A DNA stretch of 64,000 nt from an uncultured candidatus Porisulfidus sp. (GCA_965204575.1 OZ241993.1:32001-96000), one strand, 5' to 3'; shown: positions 37,908 through 49,096, numbered from the stretch's first letter. Translations and numbers: made by a program. Notes: generated from the letters alone by a model not told the origin.

Positions 37908-38686
37908 GATCCTTCCCGCAAGACGGTATGCACAGTCCGGTTACCGAGCGGCTGCACGGGCCGGGCATTCTGCCCTCTTTGTTGTTCCAGCCAACGCTGC
38001 TCTGCCGGCCCCAGAGCCATCGGCTCCATCGCCAGCAGCCAATTCACCCCCTCGGTGCACGGCGGCATCGTCAAGGACCCTCGATAACCCAAAAAACTGC
38101 TCTGCCGGGGAATCAGTCCGGTCGGGTCGAAAGTCAGCGGCTCACCGGTCTTGGCGGCCTGCAGCCAATCCCAGAAAGAGTCTGGAAAAGCCTGCGCCGC
38201 ATCGGGGCGCAACGGGACTCCAAGCACGGCGATTTCTCCCGAATCGGTCGTATGCACCAGGTGAAGTTCTCCCGCCTCCGCGCCATTCGGCCACAAGTGT
38301 TCGCTCGGAGTATGGAAGTGGAATTGCCTCAAGGAAAAGGCCCGGTCCCCGAGGAGCAACCGGGAGCCCGGCTCCATATCCACCCGCACGGCATGCGCGT
38401 TGTCGCTCAGTCGCCCGGTCGTCGGCTGATAGTGGAGCGCAAGACGTTCGGCCGTCGGCTCTGCTTCTTCCTCTGACAAGACAATTGGGGACTGTTCCCG
38501 GCCCTCGGCGCATGCTCTCCAGTCCGGATGCAGATGTCCCCATCGCTCCGGACCTCCGTCCCCATCGTAGCTCCAACAGGGAAGCTCCTGATGTTTGCAC
38601 GAAGTCACGGCAAGAGCCCTACCGGCCCCGAGAGACAGTCCAAAACATGCGATCGAACCTAGGAATTTCCGTCGATTCCACGCCAT
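37904..38686 (-). CDS. Alpha-class carbonic anhydrase with Tat signal
   Basis: NRRKFL; WSY..GPERWG, QSPI, QFHFHTPSEH, ELHLVH, YRGSLTMPPCTEGVNW, NARPVQPL. Confidence 0.93.
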   Translation of the reverse strand: MAWNRRKFLGSIACFGLSLGAGRALAVTSCKHQELPCWSYDGDGGPERWGHLHPDWRACAEGREQSPIVLSEEEAEPTAERLALHYQPTTGRLSDNAHAVRVDMEPGSRLLLGDRAFSLRQFHFHTPSEHLWPNGAEAGELHLVHTTDSGEIAVLGVPLRPDAAQAFPDSFWDWLQAAKTGEPLTFDPTGLIPRQSSFLGYRGSLTMPPCTEGVNWLLAMEPMALGPAEQRWLEQQRGQNARPVQPLGNRTVHTVLREGS

Positions 38687-38817
38687 AACAGATCCCGATT
38701 GTTGAGCAGGACACGCGAGTCACTTCTGAAGTTGAGTTTGCAGGTCATTGTACCTGCCTGTCTGCACTCCGAGGCAAATCCTTCAAGTGTTAAAGTATGC
38801 GTGCCCGAGGGTTCGCC

Positions 38818-39489
38818 ATGCCTCTTTCCGACCAGATTGCCCCGTCCATCCTGTCCGCGAATTTCGCACGTCTCGGTGCGGAAGTGGATGCGGTTGTCGA
38901 AGCCGGGGCTGACATGATTCACTTTGACGTGATGGACTACCATTACGTTCCCAACCTCACCATCGGGCCGCTGGTCTGCGAGGCCCTGCGCAAGCACGGC
39001 GTCACCGTACCCATTGATGTTCACTTGATGGTGACCCCGGTGGACGGGCTGATCCATGATTTCGCCAAGGCGGGAGCCAGTTCCATTACGTTCCACCCGG
39101 AAGCGACCCAGCATGTTGACCGCAGCCTGCAGTTGGCCCGCGATCTCGGTTGCAAGAACGGATTGGTGCTCAACCCGGCCACGCCTTTGAGCGCCTTGGA
39201 TCATGTTCTGGACAAAATCGACATGGTCCTGCTGATGTCCGTCAATCCCGGGTTCGGGGGGCAGTCCTTTATCCCGCAAACTCTGGAAAAGATTCGCCAG
39301 GTTCGCGCCCGGCTCGACACCTGCGACCAGCCGGTACGCCTGGAGGTCGACGGCGGCATCAAGGTGGACAATATCGCCAGCGTGAAAGAGGCCGGAGCAG
39401 ATACGTTCGTCTGTGGCTCTGCTGTCTTCGGCAGCGACGATTACACAGCTACGATGGCTGCGCTGCGCTCAGAACTGGACCGAATCTGA
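38818..39489 (+). CDS. rpe: Ribulose-phosphate 3-epimerase
   Basis: [34 protein letters not shown]. Confidence 0.97.
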   Translation: MPLSDQIAPSILSANFARLGAEVDAVVEAGADMIHFDVMDYHYVPNLTIGPLVCEALRKHGVTVPIDVHLMVTPVDGLIHDFAKAGASSITFHPEATQHVDRSLQLARDLGCKNGLVLNPATPLSALDHVLDKIDMVLLMSVNPGFGGQSFIPQTLEKIRQVRARLDTCDQPVRLEVDGGIKVDNIASVKEAGADTFVCGSAVFGSDDYTATMAALRSELDRI

Positions 39490-39605
39490 CCGGTCGATTA
39501 GATCTGAAGGGAAAATAATCGCTGGGTATATGCGGGCTATGCTTGCCAACCGATTGCGGGGAAGCAGGTGCGACGATCGTGTGCTGATCTGAAGGTAAAA
39601 CGACC

Positions 39606-42600
39606 ATGAGGAAACTCCCGAAACGCACGTTCCCCAAAGCGGCATTGGTTGCGGCAGAAAGTTTATTGTCCAAGCGCGATGGCCCGGAGGACCACGTCCG
39701 GCAAAACATCGGCCGGCTTCTCGACGCGCTCGGAATTGATAACGAGTTGACCTATCGGACCGCCGAAGGACCAGCCGACATTTATCTGCCTCGTCGCCGG
39801 ATCTTCATTGAAGCGAAATCAATTGGCCTAGCCGACGATCCCAACAAACCCCAAGCAAGAGACAATGACGAATCGCCCCGCCAGCAAATGGAACGTTATC
39901 TCTTGAGCGAATTACGGGAAGAGTGCGATCTCCCTCTCGAAAGCGCCCACGACAGGCCGTGGACCGGAATTGTCACCGACGGACATGTCTGGCATGTCTG
40001 GCTCTATGACGCGGCATCCGGCAGGGTCATACAACATCTTCTTGACGGGTTCCGGCCGTCCAGCGCAAAAGAATTGCTCGGCACAATATGGCCCTTGGTC
40101 GAGAGCAATCCGATCGGCAAGCCATGGATCTTCGCCGACCCCCGGCCGCTGTTCGAGCCCCTGCGCGAAGAGCTTCAGAAAATTTTCGAAGGCCTGCGCG
40201 AACAACACCGGGCGGAAACTGCCACGAAACAACAACTCTGGCTAGACATGCTCCGGACCTCCAACATGGAGCCGGAGAATGATGCGGCCACACAACGACT
40301 GTTCGTGACACATTCTTTTCTCGTTGCGCTGGCTCGCGGCGTCATCCACACGTTGGCACGGCCGCGCGAGAAGCCCGACCCGCGCAAGATACTGGCGGAC
40401 GGTTTCGTCGCATGGATTACGGCCACGGTCGCAGGCCGTCAGTGGGCACAGGGGTTTTTGGAGAAGATTCATTCGTATGAATGGCGGCGGCGGCGCGGTG
40501 ATGTACTCCGCCCGCTTTACGAACGTTTTGTAGATGTCCATGACAGACAAGACTTCGGGGAATACTACACGCCAGACTGGCTGGCAGAAATCATAGTCCA
40601 CGAAGTATTGGATGACGACTGGTGTGAACACGCCGTTGAAGCCGCGCTTGCCGCCGACCGGAACCCCGAATTCCTCTATGGCCGAGGGGTGCTTGATCCC
40701 ACTTGTGGTTCGGGCACGTTCCTCTACCATGCGGCCCGGCGAATACTAGGGTCTGACGCACTTGCGAGACAGCAACTGGATTCGGTCGGACGCGCACGGG
40801 TCGTTGCCGGGCTTGTCAACGGGGTTGACGTACATCCCGTGGCCGCAGAGATTGCCCGCGCCACACTCCTGCGCGCCTTGCCCTCAGAGCCCCCAGGGGG
40901 AAGCGCCGCAATCCGGATTTACGAAGGCGATGCTTTGCTTGTCCGATCCCATGACGAAAGTTCATTGTTCCGTCCAACGAACGGCGAATTCCGATTCGAA
41001 ACTCCGGCCGGGCGGGCGGTGCTGCTTCCCCGCTCCTTCGTCAATCTGGCAGGATTTGCGGATCTGCTTCGACGCCTTATCGACGCTGCGATGAAAGACC
41101 AGCCTGTCCCCACTGATGTTGGCACCAGCATCCCGAAAGAAGACCGGGACGCACTGGTGAAGGCCCGCGACAGTCTCGTGGAAATCATCCAGAACGAAGG
41201 CAATTCGGTTTGGACTTGGTTCATCACCAACATTACTGGCCCTTTCAGACTGATGGAGCAGAAAATCGACCGGATCGTTGCCAACCCCCCGTGGGTTTCG
41301 ATGGCTGGAATTCAGGCCATATCAAGAAAGCGAGCGCTGGAAGAGTTTTCGAAAGACCCGTGCGACCTTTGGACCGGCGGCAGAAATGCGCCGCATTTCG
41401 ATATCGCCCAACTGTTTGTCAGGCGCTGTCGGGAGATTTATCTTGCGGACCCGGACAACGATCCAGCTGGCTGGTTGGTCAAGCGCGCCGCACTGAAGTC
41501 CGAAAACTGGAGCCGATTTCGGCTGTGGCATGAAAAAATTCTTGCCCAGTCGATCGACCTGCTAGAAATCCAGCCTTTTGGCGGTGGGGATGCCCGCCGC
41601 TGTTGCATTCTGTTCGACCACCGACCTGCGTCGACAGCTTTGACGCGAGTGCGGGGACGAGAACTTCGGGCGCGAATCCTAGGGCGGGAGCGTCCGGAAC
41701 AGGATATGCCACGCGCAGCAGCGCTGGAGCTGATGGAATTCGCTCCTGTAGAGGCTCCGTTCCCCAAACAGGCTTCCGCCTATTGCAACGAAAAGGGCAA
41801 GCCCTGGTTCCGGCAAGGAGCCACGGTGACCCCGATGGTCCTCGCTGTAGCCGCCATCGTCAGGCGCGAAAAAACAGGGCCGGAACACTTGCTGACCGTA
41901 ACAACCGCCAAATCAAGCAAAGAGCCATGGTCCCGGATTGATTCCCAAGTGGGCGAGTTCCCCGAGAACTGGGTGCGTCATCTGCTGACTTCGAACGACT
42001 TTTATCCTTTCGCGACTGCACACCATCTGCAACAGGCAATTATTCCCGTAAATCAAAAAGGCCAATTACTTCCGGACCCCGGTGCTGTGTCCGATTCATG
42101 GCAAGAATTCGACGAAATATACAGGGAGCACAAAGGGCGCGGACAGAATACGCCTGTCACCCTTATTGGCCGGATAGACTACGGCAAAGGACTTTCCTCT
42201 CAACTCTCGTTGACTGGCACAAAAAAGACACTGGTTCTGCACCCCACGTCAGGCGACATCATGCGTGCCGCGCGGGTTGTCCCTGGTTCAGTCATCGTCG
42301 GTCACACACTTCACTGGTATCCCGCCGCAACCGAAGCGGAGGCCGCCTATCTGATCGGGGTACTGAATACCCCCGCGCTCAATCCTGCGTTTGTCGACGC
42401 GCGAACCGGTGGAAGGCATTTTGTCAACCATCCATGGCGCGCAATTCCCATCCCCCGGTATGATTCCAGTCAGAAGCTTCACCGAGAGATTGCGCGGCTG
42501 ACAAGGCGCGCGGAAAAGATTGTTGACCGCTGGTATTCAGAGAATCCAAGTCCGAGCGGGCAAGTGAAGATATCCAAACGAATCCGCAGTCTGCTGGAAG

Positions 42601-42671
42601 ACCGCGGAATTTTTGATGTGCTCAATGCCTCTGTGTACCAGTTACTGCCACATCATGTGCGTAGGAAATAG
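39606..42671 (+). CDS. Fused restriction-modification enzyme (Type IIG-like: nuclease + N6-adenine MTase + TRD)
   Basis: AD..IFIEAK nuclease motif, GEYYTPDWLA, LDPTCGSGTFL, IVANPPW. Confidence 0.85.
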   Translation: MRKLPKRTFPKAALVAAESLLSKRDGPEDHVRQNIGRLLDALGIDNELTYRTAEGPADIYLPRRRIFIEAKSIGLADDPNKPQARDNDESPRQQMERYLLSELREECDLPLESAHDRPWTGIVTDGHVWHVWLYDAASGRVIQHLLDGFRPSSAKELLGTIWPLVESNPIGKPWIFADPRPLFEPLREELQKIFEGLREQHRAETATKQQLWLDMLRTSNMEPENDAATQRLFVTHSFLVALARGVIHTLARPREKPDPRKILADGFVAWITATVAGRQWAQGFLEKIHSYEWRRRRGDVLRPLYERFVDVHDRQDFGEYYTPDWLAEIIVHEVLDDDWCEHAVEAALAADRNPEFLYGRGVLDPTCGSGTFLYHAARRILGSDALARQQLDSVGRARVVAGLVNGVDVHPVAAEIARATLLRALPSEPPGGSAAIRIYEGDALLVRSHDESSLFRPTNGEFRFETPAGRAVLLPRSFVNLAGFADLLRRLIDAAMKDQPVPTDVGTSIPKEDRDALVKARDSLVEIIQNEGNSVWTWFITNITGPFRLMEQKIDRIVANPPWVSMAGIQAISRKRALEEFSKDPCDLWTGGRNAPHFDIAQLFVRRCREIYLADPDNDPAGWLVKRAALKSENWSRFRLWHEKILAQSIDLLEIQPFGGGDARRCCILFDHRPASTALTRVRGRELRARILGRERPEQDMPRAAALELMEFAPVEAPFPKQASAYCNEKGKPWFRQGATVTPMVLAVAAIVRREKTGPEHLLTVTTAKSSKEPWSRIDSQVGEFPENWVRHLLTSNDFYPFATAHHLQQAIIPVNQKGQLLPDPGAVSDSWQEFDEIYREHKGRGQNTPVTLIGRIDYGKGLSSQLSLTGTKKTLVLHPTSGDIMRAARVVPGSVIVGHTLHWYPAATEAEAAYLIGVLNTPALNPAFVDARTGGRHFVNHPWRAIPIPRYDSSQKLHREIARLTRRAEKIVDRWYSENPSPSGQVKISKRIRSLLEDRGIFDVLNASVYQLLPHHVRRK

Positions 42672-42740
42672 ATTGAACTGTGACACGCTTTTATCCCAGT
42701 CCACAATCCAAGGCTTGGCTTCCCGGTGACAAGACTGGCT

Positions 42741-43028
42741 TCAAGCCGCAACGAAATGTTCGACTGAGATCTTCTCAGCGCGGTCTTGAGCCTGCCATAA
42801 GTCATACGCCATCTGCATCCCGAGCCAAGTCTCAGGAGTCGAACCAAATGCCTTCGACAGGCGGACCGCCATATCAATGGAAATGCCTGTACGCTCGTTC
42901 ACAAGTTTGGAAAGTGCTTGTCGCGTGACTCCCAAGCCTTGAGCGGCCCGGGTGACGGAAAGTCCCAGAGGCTCAAGGCATTGCCTCTTCACGATTCCAC
43001 CTGGATGTGGAGGGTTTTTCATAGGCAC
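42741..43028 (-). CDS. higA: HigA-family antitoxin, orphan
   Basis: MKNPPHPG..LSVTRAA..GVTRQALSKLVN..STPETWLGMQMAYDL. Confidence 0.9.
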   Translation of the reverse strand: MPMKNPPHPGGIVKRQCLEPLGLSVTRAAQGLGVTRQALSKLVNERTGISIDMAVRLSKAFGSTPETWLGMQMAYDLWQAQDRAEKISVEHFVAA

Positions 43029-43141
43029 CAAATGTTACCGTGCAACGCATCAATTGACAATTGGTAATGGCAAGTATGGGGCCAAGATACTCGCTCAAAT
43101 AAGGTACAATGCCGACATTCACATTGGCTGAGAAATAGGCT

Positions 43142-43345
43142 ATGGGCGGCATCAGCATCTGGCAGATTCTTATCATTCTGGCCATCGTGCTGTTGCTGTT
43201 CGGCACCAAGCGCCTGCGCAACATAGGCGGCGATCTGGGCGAGGCCATCAAGGGTTTCAAGCAGTCCATGCAGTCTGCCTCACAGACTGACAAGTCTGAC
43301 ACCGACGATTCCACCGAATCCAAGAAAGATAGTCCGGGCAGTTAA
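43142..43345 (+). CDS. tatA: Twin-arginine translocase TatA/TatE
   Basis: [35 protein letters not shown]. Confidence 0.95.
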   Translation: MGGISIWQILIILAIVLLLFGTKRLRNIGGDLGEAIKGFKQSMQSASQTDKSDTDDSTESKKDSPGS

Positions 43346-43525
43346 CGCCTGATCGGCGGCTACCTGCCGCCTCAACCTCTGTTTGACAATAAGTCGGCAA
43401 GCACCTGCCCTTGCTTCAATATTGGCCTATGCAGAGGAAAAAGTCACAATGAGAATGGCCGGATTCCCAAGTATTTCCACTCCAATAGAGACTTAATTCA
43501 ATAATATTTATATTGCATGATAATC

Positions 43526-43545
43526 TTGCATTATTTATAATGCAA
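43526..43545. promoter_or_regulatory. Perfect palindrome TTGCATTA-N4-TAATGCAA, probable XRE operator
   Basis: Lies about 25 bp upstream of the XRE/ImmA gene start. Confidence 0.6.
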
Positions 43546-43569
43546 TTTATATCAGCTGGAGGAAATGCC

Positions 43570-44679
43570 ATGTCTCGGCATCTGATTGGGCAAAGAATCA
43601 AGGCACTGAGGAAGGAAAGGGGGTTGACACAAGATGGCCTCACGGAACTGTTGGGCTTCAACGACCGGCAAACCGTTTCCGCCATCGAAACCGGGACGCG
43701 CCGCGTCACCGCGGATGAACTGGTGCTGGTCGCCGAGAAATTCGGCGAGTCGCTCGACTACTTCACTGATCCCTTCCGGCTTGTCGGCGAAGGACGTTTT
43801 TCCTGGCGTCAGGCAGGCGCAAAACCTGAGCAGCTGAATGTTTATGAACAACTTGCGGGAAGTTGGATTGCCGCGTATCGCACTTTGAGTGCCCAAATCG
43901 GATATGAACGGCCGCTTCTACGGCGCGCGCTCAGCCTCGACCGCCATGCACATTGCGAGGATTCGATGCAGGCAGGAGAACGTTTTGCCAGCCAATTCAG
44001 CCTCGGAAAAGCACCCGCATTGCGACTTGCCGAGGTGATGGAGAACGATCTGGGCATTTCCGTGCTTATGGTCGATGCGCCTGACAGCATTTCCGGCGCG
44101 GCCTGTCGATTGCCGGATCTGGATGTTGTACTGATTGCGCGTCACGAAGTGGCTGCACGGCGCCACTTCAATCTTGCCCACGAACTTTTCCATCTGCTTA
44201 CCTGGGAAGCCATGCCGCCCAAGCATATAGAAGAGGTAGAAGGCAAAACCGGAAACCGTGTCGAGCAACTCGCCAATAGTTTCGCAGCAGCAGTACTCAT
44301 GCCGTCGGAAGTCCTGGATCAATTTGGCGAATGGTCCGGTTTTGACGAAAAAGAGCTAATCGCCCACTTGAACCTCGCGGCGGATGAATTGCATGTGACA
44401 TCTTCGGCGTTGAAATGGCGTCTGGTCGCGCTTGGAAAACTAAAAAAAGCAGTTGCGAATTCATTGCCTCAAGTCGAATTGCGGAATAACGGCCGCGACT
44501 CTGTCGCGGAACAAGATCCTCCTCCCCTGTTCTCCCCATCCTTCATGAAAGTTATCGGCAACGCGATTGAAGACGGAAAGGTTTCAGTCCGGCGTTTGGC
44601 ACAGTTATTTGACATGTCTGTCGACGATCTTCCAGATCTGTTCACGGCACAGGGCCTGGAAAACCCTATTTCCCTGTGA
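43570..44679 (+). CDS. XRE HTH fused to an ImmA/IrrE-family metallopeptidase domain
   Basis: IGQRIKALRKERGLTQ..VSAIETGTR; RRHFNLAHELFH (HExxH), EQLANSFAAAVLMP. Confidence 0.9.
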   Translation: MSRHLIGQRIKALRKERGLTQDGLTELLGFNDRQTVSAIETGTRRVTADELVLVAEKFGESLDYFTDPFRLVGEGRFSWRQAGAKPEQLNVYEQLAGSWIAAYRTLSAQIGYERPLLRRALSLDRHAHCEDSMQAGERFASQFSLGKAPALRLAEVMENDLGISVLMVDAPDSISGAACRLPDLDVVLIARHEVAARRHFNLAHELFHLLTWEAMPPKHIEEVEGKTGNRVEQLANSFAAAVLMPSEVLDQFGEWSGFDEKELIAHLNLAADELHVTSSALKWRLVALGKLKKAVANSLPQVELRNNGRDSVAEQDPPPLFSPSFMKVIGNAIEDGKVSVRRLAQLFDMSVDDLPDLFTAQGLENPISL

Positions 44680-44690
44680 AGTGCCATGAC

Positions 44691-44707
44691 CCGACCCGAA
44701 AGGTCGG
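44691..44707. other. GC hairpin CCGACC-CGAAA-GGTCGG downstream of the XRE gene
   Basis: Perfect 6-bp stem; no U-tract. Confidence 0.35.
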
Positions 44708-44801
44708 ACACAAGCAACCTCGGCATGCGCGACACGAGTGATTACCCTGCGACTTGCCCCACCTGCGCGTAAAATGCGTTCACCAAACAACGGATTTCAC
44801 C

Positions 44802-46277
44802 GTGGACGACCGCCCAACCCTGAGTCAGGCTCAATTCGAGCGCTACCGTTCCGAAGGCTGCACGCATGTCCCGCTGGTGGCCACGCTGCCGGCAGGCCAG
44901 CGCAAGGCCTCAACCCTGTACGCGCCGATGGCGGATCAGCCGGGCAGCTACCTGCTGGAATCCGGAGAAATTGATACGCACGCCGGGCGGTACTCGATCA
45001 TCGGCATGCCCACCGCGGTTGAACTGATATACCAGGATGGCCAATTTCGTGTCGTGGAAGGCGGCGAAACCCAAAGTGCCCAGGAGACCGACGACCCGTT
45101 GTCCTGCGTGGAAGACTACCTGCACAGTCATAAAGTCGCCCCCCTGACGGAAGCTCTGCGCTTCGGAGGCGGCTTGGTCGGGTATTTCGGCTATGACCTG
45201 ATCCGAACCATCGAGCCGGTTCTCGCCGGGAGCCGGCCGGACGACCTGCTCGGCCTGCCGGACCTGTGGCTGCTTCGCTCGACCGAGTTAATCATGCTGG
45301 ATAACCAGACTGGGCAGATCCTGCTGATCGTCAACCAACCGGTAGATGTTCCGGAAGCCTATGCGGCAGGATGCCGACGGCTGCAGGAATTGCGCACCCA
45401 AGTCGAAGAGACTCCAGAGCCGGAACCACTGATGGAAACACCGGACCAGGAATCCTCGTTTACATCGGGGTTTACCGAGGCCGGGTTCTGCAAAGCAGTT
45501 CAGACGGCCCGCGAATACATCATCGCGGGTGATCTGATGCAAGTCGTGCTCTCGCAGCGGCTCAGCCGGCCCTACCAGGGCGATCCGTTTCACATGTACC
45601 GCGGCCTGCACGCGCTCAACCCTTCTCCCTACATGTACTTCCTGAATCTCGGCCCGGTCCAAGTGGTCGGCTCCAGCCCGGAAATCCTGGTGCGCCGCGA
45701 GGACGATGACGTCACGGTGCGCCCGATCGCCGGAACCCGCTGGCGCGGCGAGACGGAAGAAGAAGACCAGAGGCTGGAAGCGGAACTTCTGGCCGACCCG
45801 AAAGAATGCGCCGAACACCTGATGCTGATCGACCTCGGCCGCAACGATATCGGCCGGGTCTGCCAGCCGGGCACGGTCCGACTGACCGAACAGATGGTGA
45901 TCGAGCGCTACTCCCATGTCATGCACATGGTCTCGAACGTGGAGGGAAAGCTGTCGCCGGGCATCTCGACCCAAGACGTACTGCGGGCGACTTTCCCGGC
46001 CGGTACGGTCAGCGGTGCCCCCAAAATACGGGCCATGGAGATCATCGACGAACTGGAACCGTCAAGCCGCGGGATTTATTCCGGGGCCATCGGCTACTTC
46101 GGATGGGACCGGAACCTCGACACCGCTATCGCCATCCGAACCGCAATCGTTCACAATGGGCAGATTCATGTACAGGCCGGAGCCGGGATCGTTTACGATT
46201 CAATTCCGGAGCGAGAATGGCATGAAACCATGCACAAGGCGCAAGCCCTGCTCCAGGTTGCCGACCGGTACTGCTGA
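44802..46277 (+). CDS. trpE: Anthranilate synthase component I
   Basis: YLLES, GGLVGYFGYD, NPSPYMY, GSSPEIL, RPIAGT, EHLMLIDLGRND, SGAPKIRAMEII. Start approximate. Confidence 0.96.
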   Translation: MDDRPTLSQAQFERYRSEGCTHVPLVATLPAGQRKASTLYAPMADQPGSYLLESGEIDTHAGRYSIIGMPTAVELIYQDGQFRVVEGGETQSAQETDDPLSCVEDYLHSHKVAPLTEALRFGGGLVGYFGYDLIRTIEPVLAGSRPDDLLGLPDLWLLRSTELIMLDNQTGQILLIVNQPVDVPEAYAAGCRRLQELRTQVEETPEPEPLMETPDQESSFTSGFTEAGFCKAVQTAREYIIAGDLMQVVLSQRLSRPYQGDPFHMYRGLHALNPSPYMYFLNLGPVQVVGSSPEILVRREDDDVTVRPIAGTRWRGETEEEDQRLEAELLADPKECAEHLMLIDLGRNDIGRVCQPGTVRLTEQMVIERYSHVMHMVSNVEGKLSPGISTQDVLRATFPAGTVSGAPKIRAMEIIDELEPSSRGIYSGAIGYFGWDRNLDTAIAIRTAIVHNGQIHVQAGAGIVYDSIPEREWHETMHKAQALLQVADRYC

Positions 46278-46292
46278 ACACGGGTTACCATC

Positions 46293-46865
46293 ATGTTGCT
46301 CCTGATTGACAACTACGACTCGTTTACCTACAACCTGGTGCAGTATTTCGGCGAACTCGGTGTCGAGGTCAAGGTGGCGCGTAATGACCAGATCAGCCTG
46401 GAGACGATTCGCGCCATGGCGCCACGGCACCTGGTAATTTCTCCCGGCCCCTGCACCCCGAACGAGGCCGGCATCTCGGTCGCGGCAGTTCAGGAATTTT
46501 CAGGACAGATTCCCTTGCTCGGCGTCTGCCTGGGGCACCAGAGCATCGCGCAGGCGTTCGGCGGCACGATCGTCCGTGCAACCCACATCATGCACGGGAA
46601 GACTTCCACCATCCGGCACCAAGGAGAGGCATTGTTCGAGAATCTGCCGCAACCCCTAACGGCCACTCGCTACCATTCACTGGTGGTGCGCCAGGACGAC
46701 ATCCCCTCGTGCCTCAAGATCACCGCCTGGACCGACGACGAAGACAACGAGATCATGGGGCTGCAGCATGAAACCTATCCGGTGTTCGGCGTTCAGTTCC
46801 ATCCGGAATCGATACTGACCGAAAGCGGCCACACGCTGCTGCAGAACTTCCTCGACCAGACATGA
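46293..46865 (+). CDS. trpG: Anthranilate synthase component II
   Basis: [32 protein letters not shown]. Confidence 0.96.
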   Translation: MLLLIDNYDSFTYNLVQYFGELGVEVKVARNDQISLETIRAMAPRHLVISPGPCTPNEAGISVAAVQEFSGQIPLLGVCLGHQSIAQAFGGTIVRATHIMHGKTSTIRHQGEALFENLPQPLTATRYHSLVVRQDDIPSCLKITAWTDDEDNEIMGLQHETYPVFGVQFHPESILTESGHTLLQNFLDQT

Positions 46866-47908
46866 CCCCGGACCACGCCCTCGAGATCGCCCAAGCCGGC
46901 TCCGACCTCGACGCCGCACAGATGGAGGCGTTGATGCGCTCGATCATGGCAGGCGAAGTGGAGCCCGAGAAACTCAAGGCCCTGCTGATCGCCTGGCGCG
47001 ACAAGGGCGAGGCGGTTTCGGAAATCGTCGGGGCCGCAAGGGCTATGCGCACCTGTTCCGTACGCATCGACATCCATGCGCCACTGATTCTCGATACCTG
47101 CGGCACCGGAGGCGATGGCCTGGGAACTTTCAATGTTTCCACCGCCGTGGCAATCGTTGCTGCAACAGCGGGCGTTACCGTGGCGAAACACGGCAATCGC
47201 GCAGTCAGTTCCAGCAGCGGCAGCGCCGATGTGCTCGCCGCGGCCGGCCTTGCGATCGACCTTCAGCCAGAGTCGGTGCGCCACTGCATCGAAGAAGCCG
47301 GAATCGGTTTCCTGTTCGCCCCCTCCCACCACCCGGCAATGCGGCACGCCGCGCCGGTCCGCAAGGAAATCGGGACCCGGACGCTGTTCAACCTGCTGGG
47401 CCCCCTGACCAATCCGGCTGGCGCGACCCATCAGTTGATCGGGCTGTTCGACGCCCGCTGGCTGCGCCCCTACGCTGAAACCCTGGCGGAACTGGGCAGC
47501 ACGCGCGCCATGGTGGTGCACTCGCGGGACGGCATGGATGAAGTCTCGCTGAATGCGCCGACCGATTTCGCCCTGTTGGATCAGGGAGAGGTTTCCACCG
47601 GAACGCTGGATCCCAAAGCGTACGGATTCGATCCCGTGGACCCGGCTTTACTGCAGGCCGATTCCGCCGAGAACAGCCTCGCCATGATTCGCGAGGCGTT
47701 TGCCGGCAAGCCCTCGCCCGCGGCAGACCTGATCTGCCTGAACGCCGGCGTAGCGCTGCATACCGTCGGAAACGTCGAGGACATGAATGACAGCATCCAC
47801 CAGGCTCGCACCATCCTTGAAGACGGCTCCGCCGCCGCCGAACTGGATCAACTCGCGCAAATCACCCAGCGTCTGAAGCAGGAGGAAGCCGATGCAGATG
47901 CTGGATGA
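46862..47908 (+). CDS. trpD: Anthranilate phosphoribosyltransferase
   Basis: [33 protein letters not shown]. Confidence 0.97.
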   Translation: MTPDHALEIAQAGSDLDAAQMEALMRSIMAGEVEPEKLKALLIAWRDKGEAVSEIVGAARAMRTCSVRIDIHAPLILDTCGTGGDGLGTFNVSTAVAIVAATAGVTVAKHGNRAVSSSSGSADVLAAAGLAIDLQPESVRHCIEEAGIGFLFAPSHHPAMRHAAPVRKEIGTRTLFNLLGPLTNPAGATHQLIGLFDARWLRPYAETLAELGSTRAMVVHSRDGMDEVSLNAPTDFALLDQGEVSTGTLDPKAYGFDPVDPALLQADSAENSLAMIREAFAGKPSPAADLICLNAGVALHTVGNVEDMNDSIHQARTILEDGSAAAELDQLAQITQRLKQEEADADAG

Positions 47909-48683
47909 GATCCTGGCGCACAAGCGCGATGAAATCAAGAAGCGAAAACTCAAGGTGACGGAAGCGGGATTCCGGGAGATGGCGCATGAGAACCCGTCGC
48001 CGGGTGGTTTCCGTGATGCTCTCCAGTCCTCCATCGAACAAGGCCGCCCGGCCGTTATCGCTGAACTCAAAAGAGCCTCTCCGAGCCAAGGCGTCATCCG
48101 CGAAGACTTCGACCCGACTGCCATAGCCGGCAGTTATCAGCGCGGCGGTGCCGCCGCCTTGTCGGTGCTGACCGATGCAAAATATTTCAAAGGCTCCGGA
48201 GTCGTCCTGGAGTTGGCCCGACGGGGCTCCACCCTGCCCATCCTGCGCAAGGATTTCATACTCGACCCTTACCAGGTCTACGAAAGCTGCGCCATGGGAG
48301 CCGCCGCCATCCTGCTGATCGTCGCGGCCCTGTCGGATGATGAACTCAAGGAGCTCCAACAACTGGCCCGAACCTTCGGGCTGGATGTGCTGGTGGAAGT
48401 GCACGATGGCGAAGAACTGGATCGCGCGGCATCGATCGGTGCGGATCTGATTGGCATCAACAACCGCGACCTGCAGGCCTTCGACGTGAGCTTGGACACA
48501 ACCGTCCAGCTGGCCCCACAAGCACCTGAAAATGCCGTTGTGGTCGCGGAAAGCGGCATTCACGCCCCGGAGGACATCGCCAAGATTCGTGCCTGCGGCG
48601 TGCAGGCTTTCCTGATCGGCGAGAGCCTGATGCGCGCGGACAACCCAGGCGACCGCTTGGCCGAACTGTTGCAGGAAGCATGA
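47892..48683 (+). CDS. trpC: Indole-3-glycerol-phosphate synthase
   Basis: IAELKRASPSQG, LSVLTD, LRKDFI, GINNRDL, AESGI. Confidence 0.97.
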   Translation: MQMLDEILAHKRDEIKKRKLKVTEAGFREMAHENPSPGGFRDALQSSIEQGRPAVIAELKRASPSQGVIREDFDPTAIAGSYQRGGAAALSVLTDAKYFKGSGVVLELARRGSTLPILRKDFILDPYQVYESCAMGAAAILLIVAALSDDELKELQQLARTFGLDVLVEVHDGEELDRAASIGADLIGINNRDLQAFDVSLDTTVQLAPQAPENAVVVAESGIHAPEDIAKIRACGVQAFLIGESLMRADNPGDRLAELLQEA

Positions 48684-49096
48684 AAGCGCGCGTTACTTGG
48701 CAGGAGCACCGCACATTCGTCGGAGAATCCGGCAGCGGGCATACGGTCGTCATGGACGGCGCGCCTGAGCACGGCGGGCGCAACCTCGCCGCACGCCCGA
48801 TGGAAATGATGCTGCTCGGCATGGGTGGATGCAGCGCATTCGACGTAGTCGGCATGCTGGAACGTGCCCGCCAGCCTCTGGATCGGCTGGAACTGGAAAT
48901 CGAGGCGGAACGGGCCGAGGACATTCCCCAGGTGTTTACCCGCATTCACGTGATCTACCGGGCATTCGGCAGCGGCCTGTCGGAGGCGCAGGTGCGCCGT
49001 GCCGTCGACCTCTCGGTCACCAAATACTGTTCCGCCTCCCTGATGCTCGGAGAGACCGCCGAAATCACCTACGACCTTGAACTGATCGAAAGCTGA
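48680..49096 (+). CDS. OsmC/YhfA-family protein
   Basis: RPMEMMLLGMGGCSAFDV, SVTKYCSAS. Confidence 0.92.
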   Translation: MKARVTWQEHRTFVGESGSGHTVVMDGAPEHGGRNLAARPMEMMLLGMGGCSAFDVVGMLERARQPLDRLELEIEAERAEDIPQVFTRIHVIYRAFGSGLSEAQVRRAVDLSVTKYCSASLMLGETAEITYDLELIES

